A stretch of DNA of 56,128 nt from Candidatus Sigynarchaeum calidifontis (GCA_030587475.2 JAUQYZ020000262.1:1-56128); one strand, 5' to 3'; counted from the stretch's first letter, positions 28,793 to 38,369 are shown. The notes: generated from the sequence alone by a model not told the origin. Made by a program: numbers and translations.

Positions 28793-29917
28793 TCAGCCGA
28801 ACAACCACTTGACGATGACCCGGGTCGGTTCGAACACTGACGTGTCTCCGCTCCAATCACGTAAAACACTGCCGAAATAAACCTCAAACCGGCTCACGAA
28901 ATCGTGGATCATGTAAACGAGAGAATCGGATACGGAATCAGCAATAACGGCGACTGACACGTTTTTTCCTTGCTCTAACACCATCTTCTTGTCCTTGAAA
29001 TCGAACACCTTCACGCTCCCTGGTAACAAGACCTGATCTAGGACAGACTTGACCATCTCAACCACCCCGCCCATCATCAAGTTGGTGCTGGTCGATTCTT
29101 CCCGTCCTGAGAAATCGTGCTGGAAGATGCAAGAACCGCCCTTGTATATCACGAACAGCGATTTCAGCGCCGATCGCCACTCGATTTCGCGCCATGATGG
29201 TAGTAACGAGAAAAACAAGCCCATCATGCCGAGCCCAACGAGTTGGAGAATGTCGGCGATGAGCCGCATCCAATTCCCAATCCCGAAGTTCCGAACGGCG
29301 ATGTCGGTCGCGCCCATCCAACCGAGAATAAATATTATTAGACCGACGATCATTGCAATAGAATAACCTTTCATCTTTCCTTTTATTAGTTGGTAAATTT
29401 TCACAGCGTAAGTGATAAAAAGGGAAATCAAGGGAATTAAAAACGAGATCGCGAAGAGTTGCACGAATGTTCCTTCGATTAAATGTAAAAAAGCGGACAG
29501 AACAAGCAACACGAGCAGGATAAAGTAGAGCACCCCGAACGTGATGGAGAACACGTGCTTGGTCTTGATGATCCCGACGCTTTCGATGTTGTATATGTAG
29601 AACAAAGCACCTGTCGCCAACGCCACGTAACCGAACTCGAGCCAATCGAAACGTGATGTAAGATCCATGGCATAGAAATCCGAAATAATATAGATAATGA
29701 TCGTGGCTGCATAGCCGGTGAATAACCAGCCCCACGCTACGAACATCTTCGAGCCACGACGTGTTTCTTTCAATATGGCATTGTTTTTGAAAAACTTGAA
29801 GGCAAGATGCACCCCAAAAAGGGCCATGCTGACCTCGATAAGTAGCAATGGTACCCGGAGGGGATGCCAGCCGGGGTCAAGCCATCCGAGGATCGGACCG
29901 TCCGGTAATTCGATCAT
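28793..29917 (-). CDS. 7TM membrane protein with C-terminal longin/roadblock-like domain
   Basis: Seven hydrophobic segments then LFVIYKGGSCIF...GG...VAVIAD...FVSRFEVYF; ATGA overlap with the upstream paralogue. Confidence 0.7.
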   Translation of the reverse strand: MIELPDGPILGWLDPGWHPLRVPLLLIEVSMALFGVHLAFKFFKNNAILKETRRGSKMFVAWGWLFTGYAATIIIYIISDFYAMDLTSRFDWLEFGYVALATGALFYIYNIESVGIIKTKHVFSITFGVLYFILLVLLVLSAFLHLIEGTFVQLFAISFLIPLISLFITYAVKIYQLIKGKMKGYSIAMIVGLIIFILGWMGATDIAVRNFGIGNWMRLIADILQLVGLGMMGLFFSLLPSWREIEWRSALKSLFVIYKGGSCIFQHDFSGREESTSTNLMMGGVVEMVKSVLDQVLLPGSVKVFDFKDKKMVLEQGKNVSVAVIADSVSDSLVYMIHDFVSRFEVYFGSVLRDWSGDTSVFEPTRVIVKWLFG

Positions 29918-31071
29918 TGTGCATTCCACCTCTTTTTCTCACCCGCGGTTCCAAATATCCGCGTAGCAATGGTTTCAGCAGGTAAAAATTTCTCGGGATT
30001 GCTCGCAAACCGCGAGATCATGTCCCCGAAGAACAGAAGGAAATCATCCTTGAAGCTCTGCAATTTGGAATTGAAAACGGGCATCGCTTGCTTGGCGAGG
30101 AGAACGAAAACCAGATTTCCTTGGTAGGATAAAAACAGCTTCACGGGGCCCTGGTCGATCAACTCGACTTTTTTACCATCCGCAGCAGCAGTTTCTGATA
30201 GCATTTCGGTTATCCCGCTGATCCCGCTTACGAAGGCACTTTCCGACGGCGCACCGTGTCCTGCTTGCCTTCCACCGAAAGAGAATCCGTCCACGACCTT
30301 CTGATCGTATATCTTCTTGAAGAGCGCGATTCGTGTAGCCTTGTCTAGAACATATATCGCGACGAGCTGGTTCACCCAGAAAAAATCATCCACGGGGGGA
30401 ATGTAGAAGAATCCAAACGTGATCATCGCCAAGCCAGCTATGATTATGACCAAAACTATGATGTTCTGGACACTTTGAAAATTGAAGGCCAACCCGATGA
30501 AACTAAGGATGATGCCAGCCATGATAACGATAAAAACTTGTTTGTATCCAGATTCATCCCGCTTTGCAAGCTGGAATAGAACGTAGACTGGAAAGCCCAC
30601 TACGGGAAGCATCAAGCTTGCACCGAGTGCTACAAGCACGGGCGAGATTTCTCCAGTGACGAATGTGGAATGAAGATTTAATACAAGGGAGGTAGATCCA
30701 AGCAAAATTACAAGTAATGGTAGCAGTCGAGCGATAGGCTTTCCGCTCTTGAAAAATAACCGCATTAACACGCCAATCGCGATCCCGGACAAAGAGATGA
30801 TGATGAAATCGATTTGATACAAGACTTTTGCCATGGTTACAGAGCCAATAAACGCGAGATCTTTCAAGGCACGCACCACGTAGACGCCGCTGAACGCGAA
30901 CATCGTGACCGAGAAGGTAAGTATCCACGTGGGACTCTGCTCTTTCCGGGTAAGCTTTTGGATTATGAAGTACAAGGCAAGCTCGATCGTTAGTGCCAGG
31001 ATGATGAAATACGGGATCAACAAGCCTTCAAAGGAAAACTGTTCTGCAATTGTTTGCCCGAGCATATACAT
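29914..31071 (-). CDS. 7TM membrane protein with C-terminal longin/roadblock-like domain
   Basis: Seven hydrophobic segments then IYVLDK...ALF...SGISGITEMLSE...IDQG...FVLLA...FKDDFLLFF. Confidence 0.7.
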   Translation of the reverse strand: MYMLGQTIAEQFSFEGLLIPYFIILALTIELALYFIIQKLTRKEQSPTWILTFSVTMFAFSGVYVVRALKDLAFIGSVTMAKVLYQIDFIIISLSGIAIGVLMRLFFKSGKPIARLLPLLVILLGSTSLVLNLHSTFVTGEISPVLVALGASLMLPVVGFPVYVLFQLAKRDESGYKQVFIVIMAGIILSFIGLAFNFQSVQNIIVLVIIIAGLAMITFGFFYIPPVDDFFWVNQLVAIYVLDKATRIALFKKIYDQKVVDGFSFGGRQAGHGAPSESAFVSGISGITEMLSETAAADGKKVELIDQGPVKLFLSYQGNLVFVLLAKQAMPVFNSKLQSFKDDFLLFFGDMISRFASNPEKFLPAETIATRIFGTAGEKKRWNAQ

Positions 31072-31307
31072 TCACGCGTGACGATTCTTTCCCAAACATC
31101 CCTTGGAAACACGATTTATCGAATGATCGTTGCGTTTCGTGGTTAATAAGTATCGCATTGCAGAGCAAAAAGTGCCGTGATTTGTACCTTCTCACCCACC
31201 AGCAGAATGACCATGACCCATGCATTCTCCCTCAGAAGGCACCAAGCTTCTGTTGAAAGAACACCAATGGCATGTTACACGCATTTTTCAGATGTAAAAA
31301 AAATGAA

Positions 31308-31402
31308 TGCGCCTGCCGGGATTCGAACCCGGGTCGCTGGCTCGATCCGTTGGTTCTTGCCAACTTGGGAAGCCAACATTCTAACCGCTAAACAACAGGC
31401 GC
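31308..31402 (-). tRNA. tRNA-Gly(CCC) with a 23-nt intron at position 37/38 (intron 31343-31365)
   Basis: Acceptor GCGCCTG/CAGGCGC+A, T-arm CCGGG-TTCGAAT-CCCGG, anticodon stem TTGGC/GCCAG, intron forms a BHB-like motif; CCA not encoded. Confidence 0.92.
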
Positions 31403-31469
31403 TTGAATTCTCATCGATATCGGCTCGCCCTTGAAGCCACAGCGGTTTAACACGATGCACCAGTCATGT

Positions 31470-31854
31470 TCAAGAGAGAACCGTGAACGGCGAGCGGAGG
31501 CAGATCCACTCGCCGATCACTCTGTTGTAAAACCCGTCGCGGCATTTATTCCTTACCGCAAAGGCAATAATGCGTGATGATCCTTCATCTGCGTGATGAT
31601 GTGAGCTGTGCTCATCGAAAGCATCACCGTCATTACCACAAAGGTGCTTGGAGTGAAAAAATCGTGCTGGAGAAGAAAAATGCGGTACCACGCGGGAGGC
31701 GGGGCCTTTCCGCGTGGCAAAAATCTCGGAAAGAAGGAAACGAGGCCGTTTTTTTCCCGGGGAAAACGGCTTGGAAAAACCCCCGTTAAGACATACCGCC
31801 ATCGAAGGCGGTTCGTTTTTCCCGTGCACCGTGGTGTTCTTTTTCGTCGGTGCC
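31470..31854 (-). ncRNA. Candidate structured non-coding RNA (unknown family)
   Basis: Run of adjacent hairpins starting at the predicted TSS of a BRE-TATA promoter; G-U wobbles favour the minus strand; no credible ORF; 3' end uncertain (about 31656-31680 or about 31470). Confidence 0.45.
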
Positions 31855-31878
31855 AGAAACAATTATGATACAACGAGG

Positions 31879-31892
31879 ATATAAAGTTTTCG
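31879..31892 (-). promoter_or_regulatory. Archaeal BRE + TATA promoter
   Basis: Minus strand CGAAAAC-TTTATAT; T/G initiator about 31 nt downstream at 31855/31854. Confidence 0.55.
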
Positions 31893-32058
31893 GGAGCGAT
31901 ATATTCATTTCAAGACATTTCCAATGCGAATTTTCGTCGTGTCATTGTTCCCGTTGCGAGATTTTCCATGCGAAAAAGGTTTTTTTTCTAGTAAAAACAA
32001 CCGCGTTGCACGTGGCGCCCATAAAACGCGAAAAGCAAACCGCTGCGAAAGCGGATCG

Positions 32059-34269
32059 TCAAACCAACCCTTTTTTTTCCTTCAAATCTGAAATTATCCC
32101 GTCGAGTATTCCCTTGTGGATTTTCTCGAACCCAGAGAAGGCATTTTGGAACACTGCCCGCCCGGAAGTCATGTTGCGCGCCTCTTCGATGATCGCGAAT
32201 GATTCTCGCACGGGAAAGTATGCTCGGAGCTTGATGGACGTTCCGTCTTGATCTATGGCCTCGATGCGCCCGCCATGTTGCGTCACCAGCGATGTAAGCT
32301 TCCCGATGTTCTCGACCGCGCCGTAAATCGCGCTCTCGAAGATCGGTTCGAGAAGCACGACCCCGGCCTCGTTCATTGCCTCGAACAAGGCTTGGCGGAT
32401 CATCGGCGTGATCTCGATCGGGTCTCGCTCCTCTGCCTTCGCTGAGAACTTGACCTTTTCCACGACGATCTTCACGTTGCTAATAGACTCCTTGACGAGT
32501 GGGCCATGCTTCACGATATTCTCTATGGCGTCGGCGATCAATCTTTCCTCTTCTGGAAGGAGCGCTGCTGATGTTGGATCCTTGGATCGATCATGAATTA
32601 CCGGGATCATCCTACTGCAAATGGCGATGAGGCCGTCGATCTCGGCATCCTTCCACGAGAGCTTCGCTTGCTTGAGCAATTCCTTGGTATGCTTCCGCAC
32701 GATGCCCTTGCTAGACCCGGCCCGGACTGCCTGGAGGGCTTGGCCATCCTGGTGGAGTAACGGTTCGACCCGGAGGACGATTTCATTCTGCCCGTTCGTG
32801 CTCGTCGCGGCGTGAGCCCGGCTTGCCGATTCGATCGACTCGTGATACATCGTGATCGGCTCCGATACCATCACGGGGATACCGGCGGACTTGATCTCGT
32901 GTGTGATGACATCGAGGTGCAGCGGGCCGATGCCCGAGACCAGGATCTCGCCGGTCTGCGTGCTTTCCTCGATCTTGAGGTTAGGATCCTCGATCACCTT
33001 GATCTCGAGTAGAGCCGAGAGTTTCTTGAGGTCAGCGAGCTTTTCAGGCTCGATAGAAACCGTGACGACGGGCTCCATTAGGTAGCTCATCTGGTCGAAC
33101 GCGAGGTCGCGCTCATCGCCCGCGTAATCCGCCGATACGAGAGTCTCCCCTGCCTTGATGTCCTTGAGGCCTTTTATGGCGACCACGTTGCCAGCCGGAA
33201 CGGCATCGACCTGGATGATGCGCTGTCCCATGAACACGCCGATGGAATCAACTCGCTCCTTGCTGCCGGCGCGAACCATGATCAGCTCGTCCCCTTGCTT
33301 GATGGTTCCACAAAACACGCGGCCGGTCGCGATAGCTTGCCCGTGCTCGATCTGCACGCGGCTCACGAAGGCGAGCGTGGGCGCGTCGGCCTTGCAAGCG
33401 GCAGCGGCCCTGCCAATGTCGCTCGACGGGCTACCACGCCAGACGAACGGCATGCGATAGGCTTGCGCGTGAATGGGGTCGGGCCCATTCTTCACGATCA
33501 TCTCGACGATGGCGGCGTGAAGCGGCAAAGCTTCCTTCAAGGATTTTACCGAGGCCTTGCCGGCTTCTTGCTCCTTGTAAACCTGGATGATGTCACCGAA
33601 ATTCTTGTATCGCTTGAGGAATTGCGAAAGCGTTGCACCCCAGCCGTCGATCGCCGACCCGAACGCGACCGTTTCGGTGGCCAGGTCGACTTTCCACGCC
33701 TTTTCAACGCCCCCGAGGTTGCGGCTCTCGATCAGGTTGTTGAACGCGTCGATGATCGCCTTGAAACGCTGTTGGATCTGCTTCGCGTCGAGGTGCAGCT
33801 CCTTGATCAGCCGATCTATCTTGTTGATGTAGAGGAGCGGCCGCACTGCGCTTTCCAGCGCTTGCCTGACCACGTGCTCGGTCTGTATCATGACGCCTTC
33901 GACCGAATCAACAACGACGATTGCCGTGTCGATGAGCCGGAGGGCCCGGGTTACCTTCCCCGAGAAGTCGACGTGTCCCGGCGTGTCGACGAGGTTGACG
34001 AGGATGTCTTGCCCGCCGTGGTTAAACACGAGCGAGATGTTCGCCGTCTTTATCGTGATGCCCCGGGTCTGTTCCTCGTCCAAATAATCGAGCAAGAGTG
34101 CTTGACCGGCAAGCTGGGGATTCAGCAAGCCAGAATACGCGAGTAACGAATCTGAAAGGGTTGTCTTGCCATGATCAACATGCCCAATGATGGAACAGTT
34201 ACGCACGCGTGGAAGAGCGGTCATGAGCGAGAGAACCTTGTCGACGTGGGCGTTTTTCTTGGGCGGCAT
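32059..34269 (-). CDS. Elongation factor 2 paralogue (aEF-2p-like) lacking the diphthamide histidine
   Basis: GHVDHGKTT, RGITIK, DTPGH, NKID, EPVVTVSIEP, LLEPI; domain IV loop reads AKAEERDPIEI instead of an HRG-type motif. Confidence 0.85.
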   Translation of the reverse strand: MPPKKNAHVDKVLSLMTALPRVRNCSIIGHVDHGKTTLSDSLLAYSGLLNPQLAGQALLLDYLDEEQTRGITIKTANISLVFNHGGQDILVNLVDTPGHVDFSGKVTRALRLIDTAIVVVDSVEGVMIQTEHVVRQALESAVRPLLYINKIDRLIKELHLDAKQIQQRFKAIIDAFNNLIESRNLGGVEKAWKVDLATETVAFGSAIDGWGATLSQFLKRYKNFGDIIQVYKEQEAGKASVKSLKEALPLHAAIVEMIVKNGPDPIHAQAYRMPFVWRGSPSSDIGRAAAACKADAPTLAFVSRVQIEHGQAIATGRVFCGTIKQGDELIMVRAGSKERVDSIGVFMGQRIIQVDAVPAGNVVAIKGLKDIKAGETLVSADYAGDERDLAFDQMSYLMEPVVTVSIEPEKLADLKKLSALLEIKVIEDPNLKIEESTQTGEILVSGIGPLHLDVITHEIKSAGIPVMVSEPITMYHESIESASRAHAATSTNGQNEIVLRVEPLLHQDGQALQAVRAGSSKGIVRKHTKELLKQAKLSWKDAEIDGLIAICSRMIPVIHDRSKDPTSAALLPEEERLIADAIENIVKHGPLVKESISNVKIVVEKVKFSAKAEERDPIEITPMIRQALFEAMNEAGVVLLEPIFESAIYGAVENIGKLTSLVTQHGGRIEAIDQDGTSIKLRAYFPVRESFAIIEEARNMTSGRAVFQNAFSGFEKIHKGILDGIISDLKEKKGLV

Positions 34270-34346
34270 CGGAAATCTCAACCTTTTAAAATGGCAAAGA
34301 AGATTTAAAATTAGCGCGAGAAGATTCAAGAAACAGCGTGATATCC

Positions 34347-35396
34347 ATGTCCAAGCCCGCAAGCAATAAACAAATTCTCCGTGCCGGCCTCATCGGCGCG
34401 GGATCCTCGGCCACCAACATCGCCACGACGATTGCCACGATCGAGGACATCAAGCTAGTGGCGGTGGCCGACGTCAACAAGGAAGCAGCGCAAAGAATTG
34501 CCGACCAGCACAAGGTAGCACACGTGACGACGGATTACAGGGAACTGTGCAAGCTGGACGTGGACTTCGTCGTGATCAGCCTACCTCATGGCCTGCACAA
34601 GGAGGTCACCTTGCATTGCCTCGGCGCGGGAAAGCACGTCCTCGTCGAAAAACCGATGGCCACGACCGTCGAGGATGGCCAGGCCATGGTCGATGCTGCA
34701 AGGCGGGCCAAGCGAAAGCTCGGGGTTCATTTCCAACAGCGGTTCATCGATGCAACCCAGGAGGCCAAGAAGATCATTGACGGGGGAAAAATCGGCAAGA
34801 TCCTCCAGGCCAACGTCAGCGTCATGTGGTCCCGTGACATCGATTACTACAAGAAAAGCTCGTGGCGGGGCACGTGGAAAATGGAGGGCGGGGGATCGCT
34901 CATCAACCAGGCCATCCACCCCGTCGACCAGATGATCTACTTGCTCGGGGATGTCAAGCGGTTGTTCGGCTTCTGGGCGCACCGCGTGCACGATATCGAG
35001 GTCGATGACAACACGTGCGCGGCGTTCCTTTTCGAGAGCGGGGCGTTCGGGACGATCCAGACCAGCACGTCGACCAAGGCCGCGTTCCCCGCGAAACTCA
35101 CCATCTTCGGCTCGGAGGGCGGTGTCGAGCTCGATGGCAACGTCCTCACGGTCTTCAAGGCGGATGGCACGAAAGAACGCACGGATTACGCCGCGAGGGA
35201 AGGTGGGCAGGTGGCGTCGGCCACGGATCCCAAGAAGTTCTCCGTGGTCGCCCACGCGCGCTTGATGAACGACTTCGCGAACGCGATCCGAGAGGACAGG
35301 GAACCGCTCGTGAATGGTGTCGAAGGGCTCCGCTCCCTCAAGGTCGTCCGTGCCGTGTATGACTCGTCGGGCGACAGGATCATCGACTTGAAGTGA
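34347..35396 (+). CDS. Gfo/Idh/MocA oxidoreductase (WlbA/WbpB-like)
   Basis: GLIGAG, HVLVEKPM, WRGTW..EGGG.LINQAIH..D. Confidence 0.88.
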   Translation: MSKPASNKQILRAGLIGAGSSATNIATTIATIEDIKLVAVADVNKEAAQRIADQHKVAHVTTDYRELCKLDVDFVVISLPHGLHKEVTLHCLGAGKHVLVEKPMATTVEDGQAMVDAARRAKRKLGVHFQQRFIDATQEAKKIIDGGKIGKILQANVSVMWSRDIDYYKKSSWRGTWKMEGGGSLINQAIHPVDQMIYLLGDVKRLFGFWAHRVHDIEVDDNTCAAFLFESGAFGTIQTSTSTKAAFPAKLTIFGSEGGVELDGNVLTVFKADGTKERTDYAAREGGQVASATDPKKFSVVAHARLMNDFANAIREDREPLVNGVEGLRSLKVVRAVYDSSGDRIIDLK

Positions 35397-36760
35397 GCAC
35401 CCTTCATTCATCCGATTACAAGGACAAAACCCAGACCCAGGCCAGCATCTTGTACGAAATCGCGGAGCTCGTCATCATCGGGGCGATCGTCGCCATCTTC
35501 ATCTTGACGTTTCGAGGGAAGGGGGAACACGCGCTGTACAGCGTCGCGATCGCCACGTTCGCGTGCATCGTGACGGCGTTCTCCTCCGGCACGGACTTCG
35601 TTTCCAGCTTCGAGGGCATAATGGCACTCGTGAACGTGAGGCCCCTTGTTATCTTGCTTTGCTTCAGCATCATCATCGGTGTCGTTGAACAGCAAACGAT
35701 TTTCGAGTATTTCGCGGTCCGGATCATCCGCATGACCAAGGACAACGTGCGGCTGCTTTTTTACTTGATTTGCCTCCTCGCCGCGTTCTTCTCGGCCTTT
35801 TTAGAGGACGTGTCGGTCGCCATGATCTTCATCCCGCTCATCATCCGGACGGCGCAGCTGCTGGCGATCGACGCCGTGCCGTTCATCACGGGCATCTCGT
35901 TCTCGATCATCGCCGGGAACCTGCTCACGGCCTTCGCGGCGCCATCGAACATCCTCATCTCCGAATTGCTCGGCATCAACACGGCTTGGTTCTTTTCGAC
36001 GTTTTTCTGGCTTTTTCTTGTAATCATCGTTTCCACGCTGGTATTGCTTGACCTGAGGCAAGTCAAGCGCATCAAGGTGCCGGATCCGGTTCGGGTCAAG
36101 ATTCTCATCGAGATCTTCGATTCCAAGACTCTCATCGCAAATAGGAAGAAGTTCGCCATCAATCTCGCGTTCTTGATCGGTACCTTCGTTGCCATCATCG
36201 GCATCCCGGCACCGCTCTACATCGTGCTGATCGTTTCGGTGCTCGTGGTCTGCGGCACGCAGGCCGAATCCATCGGGAAACACTTGAAAAAAGCCGATTG
36301 GAACTTGATCCTTTTTATTTTTGCCATCTTCATGATATCGGCATGTTTAAACGTCTCCGGTTTGCTCAAGGACTTGAGCAAGGTGTTTTCCATGGCGATC
36401 GGGAATAATGTAGCCCTCGCGGTCGTGTTGATCATTTTCACTTGCGCGCTGATAGGCAGCTTCTTTTCAAAAACCGCGGCCATCATCATCTTCAGCACGA
36501 TCATCAATGACCTGCTTGTCTTGAATCCCCCACTCGTTGCTTACAAGGACATTCTCGCCATGGCCCTGGTCATCGGCGTGGTTCTCGGGGGAAACATGGT
36601 TCCTCAAGCCTCGTCGCATCTGCTCAAAACCTTGTCGATCACGAGAGAACGGCAGATCGACCGGATCAGCCAGCGGACGCTCACGAAGAACAGCATTATC
36701 TTCATTTCCATCGCCCTCGCGGCGGGCTTGATGTACACGCTGGCGTTCTTGTACGCGTGA
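35393..36760 (+). CDS. Ion-transporter superfamily permease (ArsB/NhaD/SLC13-like)
   Basis: About 12 TM segments, SAFLEDVS, GNLLTAFAAPSNI, DWNLILF. Confidence 0.75.
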   Translation: MSTLHSSDYKDKTQTQASILYEIAELVIIGAIVAIFILTFRGKGEHALYSVAIATFACIVTAFSSGTDFVSSFEGIMALVNVRPLVILLCFSIIIGVVEQQTIFEYFAVRIIRMTKDNVRLLFYLICLLAAFFSAFLEDVSVAMIFIPLIIRTAQLLAIDAVPFITGISFSIIAGNLLTAFAAPSNILISELLGINTAWFFSTFFWLFLVIIVSTLVLLDLRQVKRIKVPDPVRVKILIEIFDSKTLIANRKKFAINLAFLIGTFVAIIGIPAPLYIVLIVSVLVVCGTQAESIGKHLKKADWNLILFIFAIFMISACLNVSGLLKDLSKVFSMAIGNNVALAVVLIIFTCALIGSFFSKTAAIIIFSTIINDLLVLNPPLVAYKDILAMALVIGVVLGGNMVPQASSHLLKTLSITRERQIDRISQRTLTKNSIIFISIALAAGLMYTLAFLYA

Positions 36761-37102
36761 CAAGTATGTTTTGTTTGAACCGAGATTCCATCCCTCGCGT
36801 AGGAGGTGAATAGCCCGGCGAAAGCCCGGCCATCCAACAATTCGCATTCCTTTAACCTACCACTTTTTCGCGGGAACGCTATTGCCATGTGCTTATAGCG
36901 ACGTGCCGAGGACGTGGAATCCCTCGAAACTTCAGCTCGACATGGTTTTTATTCATTCGAGGTCATTTTCTAAATAGTTCCCCGATATCCACTCGACCAT
37001 CGTGGAATATCATCGGTTTCACGTGGATGTCGTGAATTGGAAGTAATTTCCTAACGGTTCAATTATTTCAACAATTCAAACAAACATACGAGGAAATGTC
37101 TC

Positions 37103-37456
37103 ATGTCCAAGGATAAAATCATCGGCTTGTTAATTCTCGTTGGTGCGGCGGCTTTGTTGGTATTTTACTCCTTGTGGCTCGTCGGCGGATATATTCAGGC
37201 CGAAATTGACCCGGCAGGTGCGTGGAGCTGGCTCCGGTTTATACCGGGCATCCCGGGGCTGCCTTGGGAAGCAGCCGTGGTCATTCCAATCTGGCTCGTC
37301 GCCGTTCTCGTTCTCGCCATCGCCATTTGGATAGGTTATTCGATGCTCACGACGCCTCCGCCCGTTCCGTTGGAGGAGCTCGAGGAAGAACTCGAAGCCG
37401 AAGAAGCTGCTGAAAAGAAGAAGGCCGAGGAAAAGAAGGCCGAGGAAAAGAAATAA
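37103..37456 (+). CDS. Small 2-TM protein, DPM2/PIG-P-like, with charged tail
   Basis: DKIIG...FYSLW, LP...AVVIP...IGYSMLTTPPP; upstream GAGGA, downstream T-tract. Confidence 0.7.
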   Translation: MSKDKIIGLLILVGAAALLVFYSLWLVGGYIQAEIDPAGAWSWLRFIPGIPGLPWEAAVVIPIWLVAVLVLAIAIWIGYSMLTTPPPVPLEELEEELEAEEAAEKKKAEEKKAEEKK

Positions 37457-37473
37457 AACGCACATTTCTTTCA

Positions 37474-37484
37474 ATTTTTTTTTT
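37474..37484 (+). terminator. Oligo-T archaeal terminator candidate
   Basis: Long T run just after the stop at 37456. Confidence 0.45.
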
Positions 37485-37673
37485 ACCACCTTGTCCTTGG
37501 TTGGATTGCGATTCTTCAAGCATCGTCGTGCATTTTGTTCTCGGATAAATCAGATAGAGTCGCTGCTCGCATGATTCCATCGCGAGATACCTCGCGCGTT
37601 TCAAGGCTTTATAAAAGCAAGGCGGAACCGATAAATCCCGATTTTCCCACCTTCTCGATCGGGTAAGGAAACC

Positions 37674-38303
37674 ATGTTCGGATTGCAAGGCATACCGCGA
37701 GACTTGAACGATCGCATGATCGACCCTCTCAAGCTGAAACTTTTCACGACCTTGACAAGCGCGGGCTACCGGCAATGCCCCGCGTGCGAAAACACGGTGG
37801 AGCTGCTCAAGGAACTCGCCCGGGCGAGTAACAAGGTGCAGTTCGAGGAGATCTCCATCCTGGAGGACAAGGAATCCGCTGACCGTTGGAAAGTCACGCG
37901 CGCCCCGACCATCATCATCACGGGGCACGGGATCCGCTACACGGGGGCGCCGATCGGCATGGAAACCGCGCCGTTCGTTTACACGCTCATCATGGCATCG
38001 ACCGGTAAAACCATCTTTAGCGGCATGCTCGGTAGCAAGCTGGATGGCATCCGGAAGGCCCGGCTCGAGTTGATTGTCACGCCGACGTGCCCGTACTGCG
38101 CGCAAGCCGCCCTCATCGAGAACTCGCTCGCCATTGAATCCGCGGGCAAGCTCGTCGTCGACGTGGTCGAGTCGTACGAGAACCCAGACATTGCCCGCAA
38201 GTACAACGTGAGCGGCGTGCCCGTCACGGTCTTCGACGGCGATCCATCGAACCAGATCGTCGGCGTGCCCACGCTCGCCGCGCTCCTCGCAAGACTCGCA
38301 TGA
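37674..38303 (+). CDS. Protein disulfide oxidoreductase (two thioredoxin units)
   Basis: CPAC and CPYC active sites, RAPT, GAP.G.E, VSGVP. Confidence 0.85.
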   Translation: MFGLQGIPRDLNDRMIDPLKLKLFTTLTSAGYRQCPACENTVELLKELARASNKVQFEEISILEDKESADRWKVTRAPTIIITGHGIRYTGAPIGMETAPFVYTLIMASTGKTIFSGMLGSKLDGIRKARLELIVTPTCPYCAQAALIENSLAIESAGKLVVDVVESYENPDIARKYNVSGVPVTVFDGDPSNQIVGVPTLAALLARLA

Positions 38304-38369
38304 TATCTCGGCAAGATGCTGCTTGATGCATCTCGAAATCAAGAAACGGATGAAAAAGAAGGTTAAATT

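Noticed and set aside
9000-31402. Island integrated at tRNA-Gly
   Set aside because: I saw no duplicated tRNA 3' end and no integrase; dcd and the 7TM genes intervene
31590-31627. SECIS-like AUGA...GA hairpin on the plus strand
   Set aside because: The upper stem is short and there is no plus-strand selenoprotein candidate upstream
31470-31854. RNase P or SRP RNA identity, or the short ORFs listed here
   Set aside because: The GAGGAAAGUCC/P4 and SRP helix-8 signatures are absent; the ORFs have non-protein-like composition
37417-37452. 15-bp tandem repeat AAGAAGGCCGAGGAA
   Set aside because: It simply encodes the low-complexity KKAEE tail
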